A stretch of DNA of 64,000 nucleotides from an uncultured Coriobacteriales bacterium (GCA_934636245.1 CAKUAI010000014.1:31258-95257); one strand, 5' to 3'; positions 1 to 9,338 are shown, numbered from the stretch's first letter. The notes: generated from the letters alone by a model not told the origin. Made by a program: numbers and translations.

Positions 1-63
1 CGACAATACAACCTCAGGGGTGATGTGCTTTTTAGCGTCCCATGCGCCCCACCGCACGAAAAA

Positions 64-92
64 GGCCCCGCGGGCGCGAAGCTCGCGGGGCC
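64..92. terminator. GC-rich hairpin GGCCCCGCG-N11-CGCGGGGCC just downstream of the minus-strand Fe-S gene
   Basis: Perfect 9-bp inverted repeat. The same structure recurs at 5624..5652 between convergent genes. There is no clear T-tract. Confidence 0.45.
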
Positions 93-163
93 TTGGGGAC
101 CGACCGGGGGTATGAGGGGGACGTCACGGCCGGCCCCACGTCAGGCGCCGAGGCGCCCAGGCC

Positions 164-793
164 TTACTGCATGGAGACGTCGCCGCCCTGCCAGGCCATG
201 CGGCGCAGGATGTAGACGCCCTGGGGCGCGTTGCCCTCGTCGTCCAGGCGGTAGAGGTCGCCCTCGGCGTACTCCTCCACGAAGTCGCCCAGGGTCTCGC
301 CGCGCGGGCCCTTGAAGGTCTCGATGCCCTCGTCGAGGTCGCCGTACCAGCGGGCCATGCCGCCGCACTGCGTGACGCACTGGGGCAGGCCGCCCTCGGA
401 GGTGATGCTCGCGCACAGGTCGCACTTCTCGGCGACGGAGGTGTCCACGTCGACGTAGCGGCAGCCGTAGGGGCAGGCCGTGAGGCACGCGCCGCAGCCG
501 ATGCACTGGTCGCGGTCGATCTGGACGGTGCCGTCCTCCTCGTTGATGCGCGAGGCGCCGGTGGGGCACACCGTCACGCACTCGGGGCTCGCGCAGTGCT
601 GGCAGGACACGGGCAGGAAGTACATGTCGACGTCGGGCCAGTTGCCGCCCTCCTGGCGGGGGAAGGGGCCCTGGCGCAGCACCTTGTTGCGGAAGGAGCC
701 GACGCGCACGTCGTTGACCGTCTTGCAGGCGACGATGCAGCCCAGGCAGCCGACGCAGCGGTTCAGGTCGGTGACGATAGTCTTGTGTGCCAT
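164..793 (-). CDS. 4x[4Fe-4S] ferredoxin-type electron-transfer subunit (DmsB/NrfC-like) of a molybdopterin oxidoreductase
   Basis: 209-aa ORF with Cys clusters CVGCLGCIVAC, CQHCASPECVTVCP, CIGCGACLTACP and CDLC...C. The ATG lies 3 nt after the stop of the upstream Mo-subunit gene. Confidence 0.9.
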   Translation of the reverse strand: MAHKTIVTDLNRCVGCLGCIVACKTVNDVRVGSFRNKVLRQGPFPRQEGGNWPDVDMYFLPVSCQHCASPECVTVCPTGASRINEEDGTVQIDRDQCIGCGACLTACPYGCRYVDVDTSVAEKCDLCASITSEGGLPQCVTQCGGMARWYGDLDEGIETFKGPRGETLGDFVEEYAEGDLYRLDDEGNAPQGVYILRRMAWQGGDVSMQ

Positions 794-796
794 CGC

Positions 797-3784
797 TTAC
801 GCCTCGTTTCGAATCTCGTAGTTGGGCATCCAGTCGAGCAGGCGCGGGTCGGAGGCGTCGCAGATGATGGGCGTGCCGTCTTCGCCGCAGGGCACCGGGT
901 TGCCGAAGGGGGAGTTCTCGGCCGTGGCCTTGTAGACCTTGACGTTGTAGGAGCGCAGGTAGGACGCGCCGCAGATGGGGTCCTGGTCGTCGGGGGTCAC
1001 CAGGCAGTTGATGGTGGACAGCTCGAAGCCGCCGCCGGCCTGGTCGAGCTCGGGGTACCACCACTGGTGCTCGCAGTTGATGACGCCGGGCTCCACGCCG
1101 TAGTACAGGTCCACGGTCTGGCGCACCTTGCCCTCCGGGCTCTCGATCCACACCCAGTCGCCCTGCCCCACGCCCAGCCTCTCGGCGTCGGCGGGGTTGA
1201 TCTCGCACTTGGGCACGGGCCACAGCTCGCGGCACCAGGGCAGCTGACGGTGCTCGGAGTGGAAGTACACCGGGATGCGGCGGCCGGTGGTCATGAGGAA
1301 CGGCCACTCCTCGACGATGGAGGGGTCGGCGAGCTCGGTGCGGGGCGCGGGCTCCCAGGAGGGAAGGTTGAACTTGCCCGAGGGCTCGTAGGTCTCCATG
1401 ACGGTGGACCAGAGCTCCTGCTTGCGGGTGGGCGTGGAGAAGCCCTTCATCGGGTTGCCGGCAGGCGTGAGACCCACAATCTTCGGCTCGCTCATCATGC
1501 CGGTCTCGTAGCGGCGGTACGTGCCCCAGACCTCGGGGTTGATCTCGCGGCAGTCCCACCAGCCGTGCTTCTGGAAGGCCTCCTTGTAGCCCTGCCAGTC
1601 AACGCCCATCGGGGCGACGACGCCCGAGAGCAGCGTCTCGACGTCGGGCCAGTAGTTGCCCTCGCCATAGCCCGAGGCGACCGGGTCGTCGCACCAATGC
1701 ACCCCCATGGCCTTGTACAGGTCGAGGACGATCTGCAGGTCGAACTTGCAGTCGGCGGGAGGCTCGATGCAGCAGCAGTTTGCACCCTGCGCACCGGTCG
1801 CGCCCTGCGAGAGGCGCGGGAAGTCGACCTCGAGCCAGTGGAGGACGGGCAGGATGATGTCGGCGGCGCCGGTCGTCGGGGTCTTCCACAGGTCCTGGAC
1901 CACAAAGAAGTCGAGGGCGTTGAGGGCGTCCCAGTACTTGAGGGAATTGCCCTGGTTCATGAAGCCGGAGGCCTCGCAGAGTCCACCGCGCACGGGGTAG
2001 GGGTCGCCCGTGAGGATTGCGTCGGCGACGGCGTTGGCATCGGCCCACTGCTGCCACCAAGACAAGGTCGGGATGCGATCATGGCCGAGGATCTTCTCAG
2101 GGAAGACGGAGAAGTCAACACCCTCGCCGTGCTCGGCGGCCAGAAGGGGCTGCGAGTCGTCCATGCGCTTGAACATGCCGCAGCTCGGGCCGCGCATGCC
2201 GGCGGGCGTGTCAAAGTTGCCGGTGATGCCGCAGAGGTTGTCGAGGGCGCGGTTGTTCTGAATGGCGTTGCAGGCGTGCTCGGCCGCGAGCATGTACTGC
2301 AGGCCGCCGTTACCGTACCCCGTGGAGGGGTCGATGGGCGTGGCCCAGGTGAGGGCGGCGTTGCGAATGTCGTCAGCCGAAACGCCGGTGATTTCCGCAG
2401 CAATCTCGGGCGTGAACTCATGGGCGCGAGCCGCATAGTGCTCCCAGACAGGCTTCATCTGGTAGGTTTTGCCGTCCTTGAGCGTGACCTCGAACTCGCC
2501 GTAGATGGCAGGGTCGATCTCGGGGTCGAACGGGCTCTGTTCGGCGATGCGGCCAGGGACCGTACCCTTGGGCAGGTTGGGCTGGGGGTTGTCGTAGAAC
2601 TTGTCCCACACGACGTCGGGCTCGTTCTCCCACAGGCCCGTCTGGGCATCGAAGTAGGTGAGGTGGCCGGAAGGGTCGTTCTCATGCAGCGGGTGGTCAG
2701 CGTCGGTGCCGGCAAGCTCGTCCCACACCATGAAGCGCTGGGGGCTGCCGCCCTCCTTGAGGTCGCACTCCTTGAGAAGGGTCGTGGACATCGTCTTGCA
2801 GAGGCTCCAGGCAATCTTATGCTGCACCGGCACTTCGCCGGAAGGCTCCATGCCGTCGACCACGAGGAAGGGGGCGTCGGTCCAGCGCTTCACGTACAGG
2901 TCGTTGTACAGCTTATTCTCGATGACGACATCGGTCCAGGCAAGAGCCAGTGCGCCGTCGGTGCCGGGCTTGAGGTACATGTGGATGTCGGCCTCGTGGC
3001 CCAGGTTGGTCATGCGCGGGTCGACGGAAATGTAGGCCTCGGCGGTCTTGGCAAGGTCAACCGTGGTACGGCAGCTCTCGTCGTAGTTGGAGATCTCGGA
3101 GGCGCCGCCCCAAGAGACGAAGACGCGGGGACGGTCGGTGGTGGCCATCCAGGAGTAGGAGTACTCCGAGACCATCATCGATGCCATGTGGCGCGGGCCC
3201 TTGCAGATCTGCCAGGCGGTCACCGCGTTGGGGCTTCCCGTCATCTGCAGCCACGCGGCATAGGCGTGCTGTGTCCAGATGCGGCTCGTGCCGCCCATGA
3301 AGAACAGCGACTCGGGGCCGTACTTGTCCATGAACTCATGGAACTTCTCGGCGATAGTGCCGTACGCCTCATCCCAGGAGATGCGCACCCAACCCGGGTC
3401 GGTGGAACCCTTGGGATTCGTGCGCTTCATGGGGTGGTAGACGCGGTTGGGATGATAGGCAGCCTGGATGGACGCCTGGCTCTTGGTGCAGCAGTTGCCC
3501 ATCGAATGGAACGCCGTCTCGGCGTCGCCCTCGACCTTGACCGCACGGCCGTCCTTCACGGTGACGATGACGCCGCACTCGTTCTTGCCGCAGGCGCGGC
3601 AGCAGGTGCGGACGAGCTTCACGCCGTCGCCCTGGTCGCCCATCTCGGTCTTGACAAGATCAGTCTTGTCGAGCGGAATCTCAGCAAGAGCGCTCAGGGG
3701 TGCGCTTGCAAAGGCCGCTGCCGCACCGGCGATTGCCGCCACTTTGGCAAACGTACGGCGCGTCATGCTTTTCTGCATGTCCAT
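797..3784 (-). CDS. Molybdopterin (bis-MGD, DMSO-reductase superfamily) oxidoreductase catalytic subunit, Tat-exported
   Basis: The ORF spans 797..3856. The preferred ATG is at 3784 (MDMQKSMTRRTFAKVAAIAGAAAAFA, a twin-arginine signal) with GGGAGG upstream. There is an N-terminal Cys motif CCRACGKNEC...C (FS0 cluster). The C-terminus resembles a molybdopterin-dinucleotide-binding domain (INPADAERLGVGQGDWVWIESPEGKV). Confidence 0.9.
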   Translation of the reverse strand: MDMQKSMTRRTFAKVAAIAGAAAAFASAPLSALAEIPLDKTDLVKTEMGDQGDGVKLVRTCCRACGKNECGVIVTVKDGRAVKVEGDAETAFHSMGNCCTKSQASIQAAYHPNRVYHPMKRTNPKGSTDPGWVRISWDEAYGTIAEKFHEFMDKYGPESLFFMGGTSRIWTQHAYAAWLQMTGSPNAVTAWQICKGPRHMASMMVSEYSYSWMATTDRPRVFVSWGGASEISNYDESCRTTVDLAKTAEAYISVDPRMTNLGHEADIHMYLKPGTDGALALAWTDVVIENKLYNDLYVKRWTDAPFLVVDGMEPSGEVPVQHKIAWSLCKTMSTTLLKECDLKEGGSPQRFMVWDELAGTDADHPLHENDPSGHLTYFDAQTGLWENEPDVVWDKFYDNPQPNLPKGTVPGRIAEQSPFDPEIDPAIYGEFEVTLKDGKTYQMKPVWEHYAARAHEFTPEIAAEITGVSADDIRNAALTWATPIDPSTGYGNGGLQYMLAAEHACNAIQNNRALDNLCGITGNFDTPAGMRGPSCGMFKRMDDSQPLLAAEHGEGVDFSVFPEKILGHDRIPTLSWWQQWADANAVADAILTGDPYPVRGGLCEASGFMNQGNSLKYWDALNALDFFVVQDLWKTPTTGAADIILPVLHWLEVDFPRLSQGATGAQGANCCCIEPPADCKFDLQIVLDLYKAMGVHWCDDPVASGYGEGNYWPDVETLLSGVVAPMGVDWQGYKEAFQKHGWWDCREINPEVWGTYRRYETGMMSEPKIVGLTPAGNPMKGFSTPTRKQELWSTVMETYEPSGKFNLPSWEPAPRTELADPSIVEEWPFLMTTGRRIPVYFHSEHRQLPWCRELWPVPKCEINPADAERLGVGQGDWVWIESPEGKVRQTVDLYYGVEPGVINCEHQWWYPELDQAGGGFELSTINCLVTPDDQDPICGASYLRSYNVKVYKATAENSPFGNPVPCGEDGTPIICDASDPRLLDWMPNYEIRNEA

Positions 3785-3891
3785 GTTCCTCCCTTGTGTT
3801 TCCTCTACGTCTTTGTGCATCCGAGGTCGTGCTCGGCGGCTGCACGGTGCAATCATTGACTACGCAGGGGGTCCGGGAGAACTTTCAGACT

Positions 3892-3963
3892 TATGGTTTG
3901 GTGTATGATTGGCGGCGCCAGGTGACCTGTCTGAAACCGTTCGGTTTTATGGGTTGACAGAAA
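3892..3963. promoter_or_regulatory. Two conserved intergenic islands: TATGGTTTGGTGTATGATT (3892..3910) and GTTTTATGGGTTGACAGAAA (3944..3963), separated by 33 nt
   Basis: These are the only alignable blocks between the two paralogous divergent intergenic regions (partner 9447..9531). The spacing is the same in both. The second island contains a TTGACA -35-like hexamer. Confidence 0.5.
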
Positions 3964-4010
3964 ACTCCCTGGTTACATGCGAATTTTTACCAAAGCACCT
4001 AAAAGGAACA

Positions 4011-5579
4011 ATGGAGATGCACGGCATGACTGAACAAAATGAGGCCAACGCCATGAACAGCGAAAGCAGCATCTCGGCGCTCGTACGACCCGATTTGTTG
4101 GGCTTCTCATTTCACCTGGCTTGGCTCTGCCTCTTCATATACAACGTGGTTCCCGGATTTGCCGGACGATCGGACCACAACATTGAGTTCGGCGTGTTCA
4201 ACCCCGTCTATTTTTACTCGATGGTCAGCCTCGTCGTCGTGCTTGGCTACGGAATCGCGAAGACAAAGAACTTCATGCACCTTGCGCGGTCGCGCGTTGG
4301 AGTTGTCGCGGCACCAGTTGCCTGCTCTCTTGGCACGCTCATCTACGCTCTCTCGGCATCGGGATTGACACCCGCCGCCCTCAACACCGCCCTGCTCGTT
4401 GTCGGCGGCATCCTGAGCGGCGCTGGCTCGGCGTTTTTGGCCGCACACTGGGCAAGCGCCTTCGGCCGGGCAAAGGCAAGGGCGTTCGTCGTCAACCTCC
4501 CGCTTATTTTTGCCGCCGTCCTTATCACGTGCCTGGCAATAACCTACGTCTTTGCCGCGATCGCGCTTGTGTTCGCCACGCTGCTCCCCCTAGCATCGGG
4601 CGGCTGCCTCATATATGCCGACCGCTATGCGGCGTCCCTGGCCGACCAGGCCCGCCCAGATACCGACAGAACCGAGTCGAAGCCTTCGCACTCCCGCCGC
4701 ATCTATTTGATACTCATCGCCGCCGTGTGCCTCATCGGCCTCACAACGGGAAGCCTCAACCAAATCAGGTCGATCAACGCGGGCTATTGTTTCGCCTTTT
4801 CATGCATCACTTCGGTGCTCATTCTCCTTATAACGGGCTGGCTTATTGTCCAAGACAATCCGAAGGCGTTTCTTCCCCTGTTCGTCGCGCCGCTCGTCGT
4901 TTTCCTCATTTTTGCACTGCCCCTCATCCGCTTCACTCCAAATGATGCGCCTGGTATCGTGTATGCCATAGGAAGCGTGACGCGTGAGCTTATGCTCATG
5001 TTCGAGGCAGTGCTGTTCGCGCTGCTCTTTGACTTGTCATGTGCCAAAACGTTCATGATCGGTCGAGTCGTCATGGCCCTGTCCGACCTCTGTGGTGCGC
5101 TGTGCGCGGCCGCCATCATGGAGCACCTGGGCAACCAGGCAGGTGCGCAGTTTGCAGGCGGCGTGCTTCTCGTTGGATCCGAGGTCATTATCGCAGGCCT
5201 GCTCATGATGTACCTGCTTCTTCGTCGCAAGTCTCTCGCCACGCCGTCGCTCAACACGCGTGCGGCCGGCGTAGATACAGCAGCCCAGGAGGCGACCACG
5301 CGCCCAGAAGACGCCGCGGACACATCGCAGCCAGATGAGAGCGCCGCATCGCAAAGCGAGATTGTGGCGAACCTCACCGCCGAGCGATTCGGCCTCTCCC
5401 CTCGCGAGGCCGACGTGCTGAGGCTGCTCGTCGCCGGCGAGTCAACCACTCAGATTCAAGACACGCTCTGCATCGCCCCCGGCACGTTCAACTACCACAT
5501 GCGCAACATCTACTCCAAGCTCGGCGTGCACTCCCGCCAGGAGCTGCTCGTTTTCATCTACAACCAGCCGGAACAATAA
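4011..5579 (+). CDS. Membrane-embedded LuxR/GerE-family transcriptional regulator (polytopic N-terminal sensor-like domain plus C-terminal HTH)
   Basis: The ORF spans 3909..5579; the preferred ATG is at 4011 after AAGGA. Many hydrophobic helices fill the first ~430 aa. The C-terminal HTH reads LSPREADVLRLLVAGESTTQIQDTLCIAPGTFNYHMRNIYSKLGVHSRQEL. Confidence 0.85.
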   Translation: MEMHGMTEQNEANAMNSESSISALVRPDLLGFSFHLAWLCLFIYNVVPGFAGRSDHNIEFGVFNPVYFYSMVSLVVVLGYGIAKTKNFMHLARSRVGVVAAPVACSLGTLIYALSASGLTPAALNTALLVVGGILSGAGSAFLAAHWASAFGRAKARAFVVNLPLIFAAVLITCLAITYVFAAIALVFATLLPLASGGCLIYADRYAASLADQARPDTDRTESKPSHSRRIYLILIAAVCLIGLTTGSLNQIRSINAGYCFAFSCITSVLILLITGWLIVQDNPKAFLPLFVAPLVVFLIFALPLIRFTPNDAPGIVYAIGSVTRELMLMFEAVLFALLFDLSCAKTFMIGRVVMALSDLCGALCAAAIMEHLGNQAGAQFAGGVLLVGSEVIIAGLLMMYLLLRRKSLATPSLNTRAAGVDTAAQEATTRPEDAADTSQPDESAASQSEIVANLTAERFGLSPREADVLRLLVAGESTTQIQDTLCIAPGTFNYHMRNIYSKLGVHSRQELLVFIYNQPEQ

Positions 5580-5623
5580 CGGCACACGCATCACATGGGC
5601 GATTTACGCCCCCAAACGCAAAC

Positions 5624-5652
5624 GGCCCCGCGGGCGCAAGGCTCGCGGGGCC
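5624..5652. terminator. Hairpin GGCCCCGCG-N11-CGCGGGGCC between the convergent LuxR (+) and Fe-S (-) genes
   Basis: Perfect 9-bp inverted repeat located between stop codons at 5579 and 5724. Confidence 0.5.
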
Positions 5653-5723
5653 GTGGGGGCCGACCGGGGGTATGAGGGGAACGTCACTGCCGGCCCCGTG
5701 TCAGGCGCCGAGGCGCCCGGGTC

Positions 5724-6353
5724 TTACTGCATCGAGACGTCGCCGCCCTGCCAGGCCATGTGGCGCAGGATGTAGACGCCCTGGGGGGCGTTGCCCTCGT
5801 CGTCCAGGCGGTAGAGGTCGTCGTCGGTGTAGGCCTCGACGAAGTCGCCCAGGGTCTCGCCGCGCGGGCCCTTGAAGGACTCGATGCCCTCGTCCAGGTC
5901 GCCGTACCAGCGGGCCATGCCGCCGCACTGCGTGACGCACTGGGGAAGCCCGCCCTCGGAGGTGATGGAGGCGCACAGGTCGCACTTCTCCGCCACCGAG
6001 GTGTCCACGTCGACGTAGCGGCAGCCGTAGGGGCAGGCCGTCAGGCACGCGCCGCAGCCGATGCACTGGTCGCGGTCGATCTGGACGGTGCCGTCCTCCT
6101 CGTTGATGCGCGAGGCGCCGGTGGGGCACACCGTCACGCACTCGGGGCTCGCGCAGTGCTGGCAGGACACGGGCAGGAAGTACATGTCGACGTCGGGCCA
6201 GTTGCCGCCCTCCTGGCGGGGGAAGGGGCCCTGGCGCAGCACCTTGTTGCGGAAGGAGCCGACGCGCACGTCGTTGACCGTCTTGCAGGCGACGATGCAG
6301 CCCAGGCAGCCGACGCAGCGGTTCAGGTCGGTGACGATAGTCTTGTGTGCCAT
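5724..6353 (-). CDS. 4x[4Fe-4S] ferredoxin-type subunit, paralogue of 164..793
   Basis: 209 aa. It differs from copy 1 at only a handful of C-terminal residues (for example EGIESFKG, EAYTDDDL, LRHMAW). Confidence 0.9.
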   Translation of the reverse strand: MAHKTIVTDLNRCVGCLGCIVACKTVNDVRVGSFRNKVLRQGPFPRQEGGNWPDVDMYFLPVSCQHCASPECVTVCPTGASRINEEDGTVQIDRDQCIGCGACLTACPYGCRYVDVDTSVAEKCDLCASITSEGGLPQCVTQCGGMARWYGDLDEGIESFKGPRGETLGDFVEAYTDDDLYRLDDEGNAPQGVYILRHMAWQGGDVSMQ

Positions 6354-6356
6354 CGC

Positions 6357-9338
6357 TTACGCCTCGTTTCGAATCTCGTAGTTGGGCATCCAGTCGAGCA
6401 GGCGCGGGTCGGAGGCGTCGCAGATGATGGGCGTGCCGTCTTCGCCGCAGGGCACCGGGTTGCCGAAGGGGGAGTTCTCGGCCGTGGCCTTGTAGACCTT
6501 GACGTTGTAGGAGCGCAGGTAGGACGCGCCGCAGATGGGGTCCTGGTCGTCGGGGGTCACCAGGCAGTTGATGGTGGACAGCTCGAAGCCGCCGCCGGCC
6601 TGGTCGAGCTCGGGGTACCACCACTGGTGCTCGCAGTTGATGACGCCGGGCTCCACGCCGTAGTACAGGTCCACGGTCTGGCGCACCTTGCCCTCCGGGC
6701 TCTCGATCCACACCCAGTCGCCCTGCCCCACGCCCAGCCTCTCGGCGTCGGCGGGGTTGATCTCGCACTTGGGCACGGGCCACAGCTCGCGGCACCAGGG
6801 CAGCTGACGGTGCTCGGAGTGGAAGTACACCGGGATGCGGCGGCCGGTGGTCATGAGGAACGGCCACTCCTCGACGATGGAGGGGTCGGCGAGCTCGGTG
6901 CGGGGCGCGGGCTCCCAGGAGGGAAGGTTGAACTTGCCCGAGGGCTCGTAGGTCTCCATGACGGTGGACCAGAGCTCCTGCTTGCGGGTGGGCGTGGAGA
7001 AGCCCTTCATCGGGTTGCCCGCGGGAGTCTCGCCGATAGCACTCATCCTGCCCGTTTCATAACGGCGGTAGGTGCCCCAGACCTCGGGGTTGATGGCACG
7101 GCAGTCCCACCAGCCGTGCTCCTGGAAGGACTCCTTGTACTCCTGCCAGGTAAGCCCCGTCGTTGAGATGGTGCGGTCGTAAAGTTGCTCAGTCGTGGGC
7201 CACTGAACACCCTCGGGCAGACCGTACGACACGGGGTCATCAGCCCACGGAATGCCCATCCTCTTATAGACATCAAGAATGATGTCGACATCGAAGTGGC
7301 AGTCTGCGGGAGGCTCGATGCAGCGGCAGTTCGCGCCCTGGGCGCCGGTGGCACCCTGGGACAGGCGCGGGCAGTCGACCTCGAGCCAGTGGCACACAGG
7401 CAGCACGATGTCGGCGGCGCCCACCGTGGGGGTCTTCCACAGGTCCTGGACCACGAAGAAGTCGAGCGAGTTGAGCGCGTCCCAGTACTTGAGGGAGTTG
7501 CCCTGGTTCATGAAGCCGGAGGCCTCGCAGAGTCCTCCGCGCACGGGGTAGGGGTCGCCCGTGAGCATGGCGTCGGCGATGGCGTTGGCGTCGGCCCACT
7601 GCTGCCACCAGCCAAGCGTGGGGATCTTGTCAATACCAACGATCTTGTCAGTCCACAGGCTCCAGTCGACACCATCATAGTGGCCAGAGGTAATCGTCGG
7701 CTGAGCGTCATCAACGCCTGCATACAGACCCAGCGAAGGACCGCGCATGCCGGCAGGCGTGTCGAAGTTGCCGGTGATGCCGCAGAGGTTATCGAAGATA
7801 CGGTTGTTCTGGATGGCGTTGCAGGCGTGCTCGGCCGCGAGCATGTACTGCAGGCCGCCGTTGCCGTAGCCCGTGGAGGGGTCGATGGGCGTGGCCCATG
7901 TCAGGCAGGCGTTCTCAATCTCATCGGCAGGAATGCCGGTGATCTTGGAGGCAGTGTCGAGGTCGTACTTGGCGGCCTCGGCGGCATAGAGCTCCCAGAC
8001 GGGCTGCATGGAGTAGGTCTTGCCGTCCTTGAGCGTGACCTCGAACTCGCCGTAGATGGCGGGGTCGATCTCGGGGTCGAACGGGGACTCCTCGGCGATG
8101 CGGCCGGGCACGACGCCCTTGGGGAGGTTGGGCTGGGGGCTCTCGTAGAACTTGTCCCACACGACGTCGGGCTCGTCCTCCCACAGGCCCGTCTCGGCGT
8201 CGAAGTAGGTCAGGTGGCCGGAGGGGTCGTTCTCATGCAGCGGGTGGTCGGCGTCGGTGCCGGCGAGCTCGTCCCACACCATGAAGCGCATAGGCGAGCC
8301 GCCCTCGACAAGGTCGCACTCCTTGAGCAGGCGCGTGGCCATGGGCTTTCCGCTCGTCCACTCAATCTTATGGTCAATGGGCACGCCGCCGGAGGGCTCC
8401 ATGCCGTCGACCACGAGGAAGGGGGCGTCGGTCCAACGCTTGACGTAGAGGTCCTTGTAGAGCTTGTTCTGAATAATAAGGTTGGTCCACGCGAGACCGA
8501 GGGCGCCGTCGGTGCCGGGCTTGAGGTACATGTGGATGTCGGCCTCGTGGCCCAGGTTGGTCATGCGCGGGTCGACAGACACATAAGTGTCGGCACTCGT
8601 GGCGATATCAACCGTGGTACGGCAGCTCTCGTCGTAGTTGGAGATCTCGGAGGCGCCGCCCCATGCGACGAAGACGCGGGGACGGTCGGTGGTGGCCATC
8701 CACGAGTAGGCGAACTCGGAGACCATCTCGGTGGCCATGTGGCGCGGGCCCTTGCAGATCTGCCAGGCGGTCACGGCGTTGGGCGAACCCACGAGCTGAA
8801 GCCATGAGCCGTAGGCGTGCTGGGTCCAGATGCGCGAGGTGCCGCCCATGAAGAACATGGACTCTCCGCCGTACTTGTCCTTGAGCTCCTGGAACTTCTC
8901 GGCGATGGTGTCGTACGCCTCGTCCCAGGAGATGCGCACCCAGCCGGGGTCGGTTGAGCCCTTGGGGTTCGTGCGCTTCATGGGGTGGTAGACGCGGTTG
9001 GGGTGGTAGGCGGCCTGGATGGACGCCTGGCTCTTGGTGCAGCAGTTGCCCATCGAGTGGAACGCCGTCTCGGCGTCGCCCTCGACCTTGACCGCGCGGC
9101 CGTCCTTGACGGTGACGATGACGCCGCACTCGTTCTTGCCGCAGGCGCGGCAGCAGGTGCGGACGAGCTTCACGCCGTCGCCCTGGTCGCCCATCTCGGT
9201 CTCGACAAGCTCGTTGTCGAGCGGCAGGGCCGACTCGGCGAGCGCGGCGAGCGGGGCCCCCGCGAAGGCCGCGGCCGCGCCGGCGATTGCCGCCACTTTG
9301 GCGAACGTACGACGCGTCATGCTTTTCTGCGTGTCCAT
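6357..9338 (-). CDS. Molybdopterin oxidoreductase catalytic subunit, Tat-exported, paralogue of 797..3784
   Basis: The ORF spans 6357..9401. The preferred ATG is at 9338 (MDTQKSMTRRTFAKVAAIAGAAAAFAGA) after GGGAGG. It has the same FS0 Cys motif. The C-terminal ~220 aa are identical to copy 1, while the N-terminal ~770 aa are clearly diverged. Confidence 0.9.
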   Translation of the reverse strand: MDTQKSMTRRTFAKVAAIAGAAAAFAGAPLAALAESALPLDNELVETEMGDQGDGVKLVRTCCRACGKNECGVIVTVKDGRAVKVEGDAETAFHSMGNCCTKSQASIQAAYHPNRVYHPMKRTNPKGSTDPGWVRISWDEAYDTIAEKFQELKDKYGGESMFFMGGTSRIWTQHAYGSWLQLVGSPNAVTAWQICKGPRHMATEMVSEFAYSWMATTDRPRVFVAWGGASEISNYDESCRTTVDIATSADTYVSVDPRMTNLGHEADIHMYLKPGTDGALGLAWTNLIIQNKLYKDLYVKRWTDAPFLVVDGMEPSGGVPIDHKIEWTSGKPMATRLLKECDLVEGGSPMRFMVWDELAGTDADHPLHENDPSGHLTYFDAETGLWEDEPDVVWDKFYESPQPNLPKGVVPGRIAEESPFDPEIDPAIYGEFEVTLKDGKTYSMQPVWELYAAEAAKYDLDTASKITGIPADEIENACLTWATPIDPSTGYGNGGLQYMLAAEHACNAIQNNRIFDNLCGITGNFDTPAGMRGPSLGLYAGVDDAQPTITSGHYDGVDWSLWTDKIVGIDKIPTLGWWQQWADANAIADAMLTGDPYPVRGGLCEASGFMNQGNSLKYWDALNSLDFFVVQDLWKTPTVGAADIVLPVCHWLEVDCPRLSQGATGAQGANCRCIEPPADCHFDVDIILDVYKRMGIPWADDPVSYGLPEGVQWPTTEQLYDRTISTTGLTWQEYKESFQEHGWWDCRAINPEVWGTYRRYETGRMSAIGETPAGNPMKGFSTPTRKQELWSTVMETYEPSGKFNLPSWEPAPRTELADPSIVEEWPFLMTTGRRIPVYFHSEHRQLPWCRELWPVPKCEINPADAERLGVGQGDWVWIESPEGKVRQTVDLYYGVEPGVINCEHQWWYPELDQAGGGFELSTINCLVTPDDQDPICGASYLRSYNVKVYKATAENSPFGNPVPCGEDGTPIICDASDPRLLDWMPNYEIRNEA

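Larger units (their letters stand above)
60..1459. repeat. Copy 1 of a duplicated tract (partner 5620..7019, offset 5,560 bp). It covers the terminator hairpin, the whole Fe-S gene and the 3' ~660 bp of the Mo-subunit gene.
   Basis: Line-by-line comparison. Positions 483..1459 match 6043..7019 with no difference found (977 bp). Positions 141..482 versus 5701..6042 differ at about 22 positions. Similarity collapses, with indels, beyond 1460/7020. Confidence 0.9.
5620..7019. repeat. Copy 2 of the duplicated tract (partner 60..1459)
   Basis: See copy 1. Positions 6043..7019 are identical to 483..1459. Confidence 0.9.

Noticed and set aside
25-315. Arg/Pro-rich ORFs 25..315(+) and 5672..5875(+) that look conserved between the two module copies
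   Set aside because: They are conserved only because they lie antisense within the duplicated tract covering the Fe-S gene. The composition is not protein-like.
596-3859. Very long ORFs antisense to or overlapping the called genes. Examples: 596..3859(+), 141..1559(-), 5760..7166(+), 7185..8807(+), 11091..12980(-), 13095..14042(-), 16387..17553(-), 17834..19783(-), 21044..22675(+), 34990..36801(+), 39616..41652(-), 43336..44922(+), 54667..56352(-), 58469..60130(+), 60632..61954(+).
   Set aside because: Their translations are Arg/Ala/Gly/Pro/His-rich low-complexity strings with no recognisable motifs. That is typical of shadow ORFs in high-GC DNA. The opposite or alternative frame in each case has clear family motifs, an RBS and sensible gene boundaries.
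797-9338. Naming the duplicated Mo enzymes as dopamine or catechol dehydroxylases
   Set aside because: Size, Tat signal and genomic context are compatible. Subfamily membership within the DMSO-reductase superfamily cannot be determined by eye, so this is kept as a hypothesis only.
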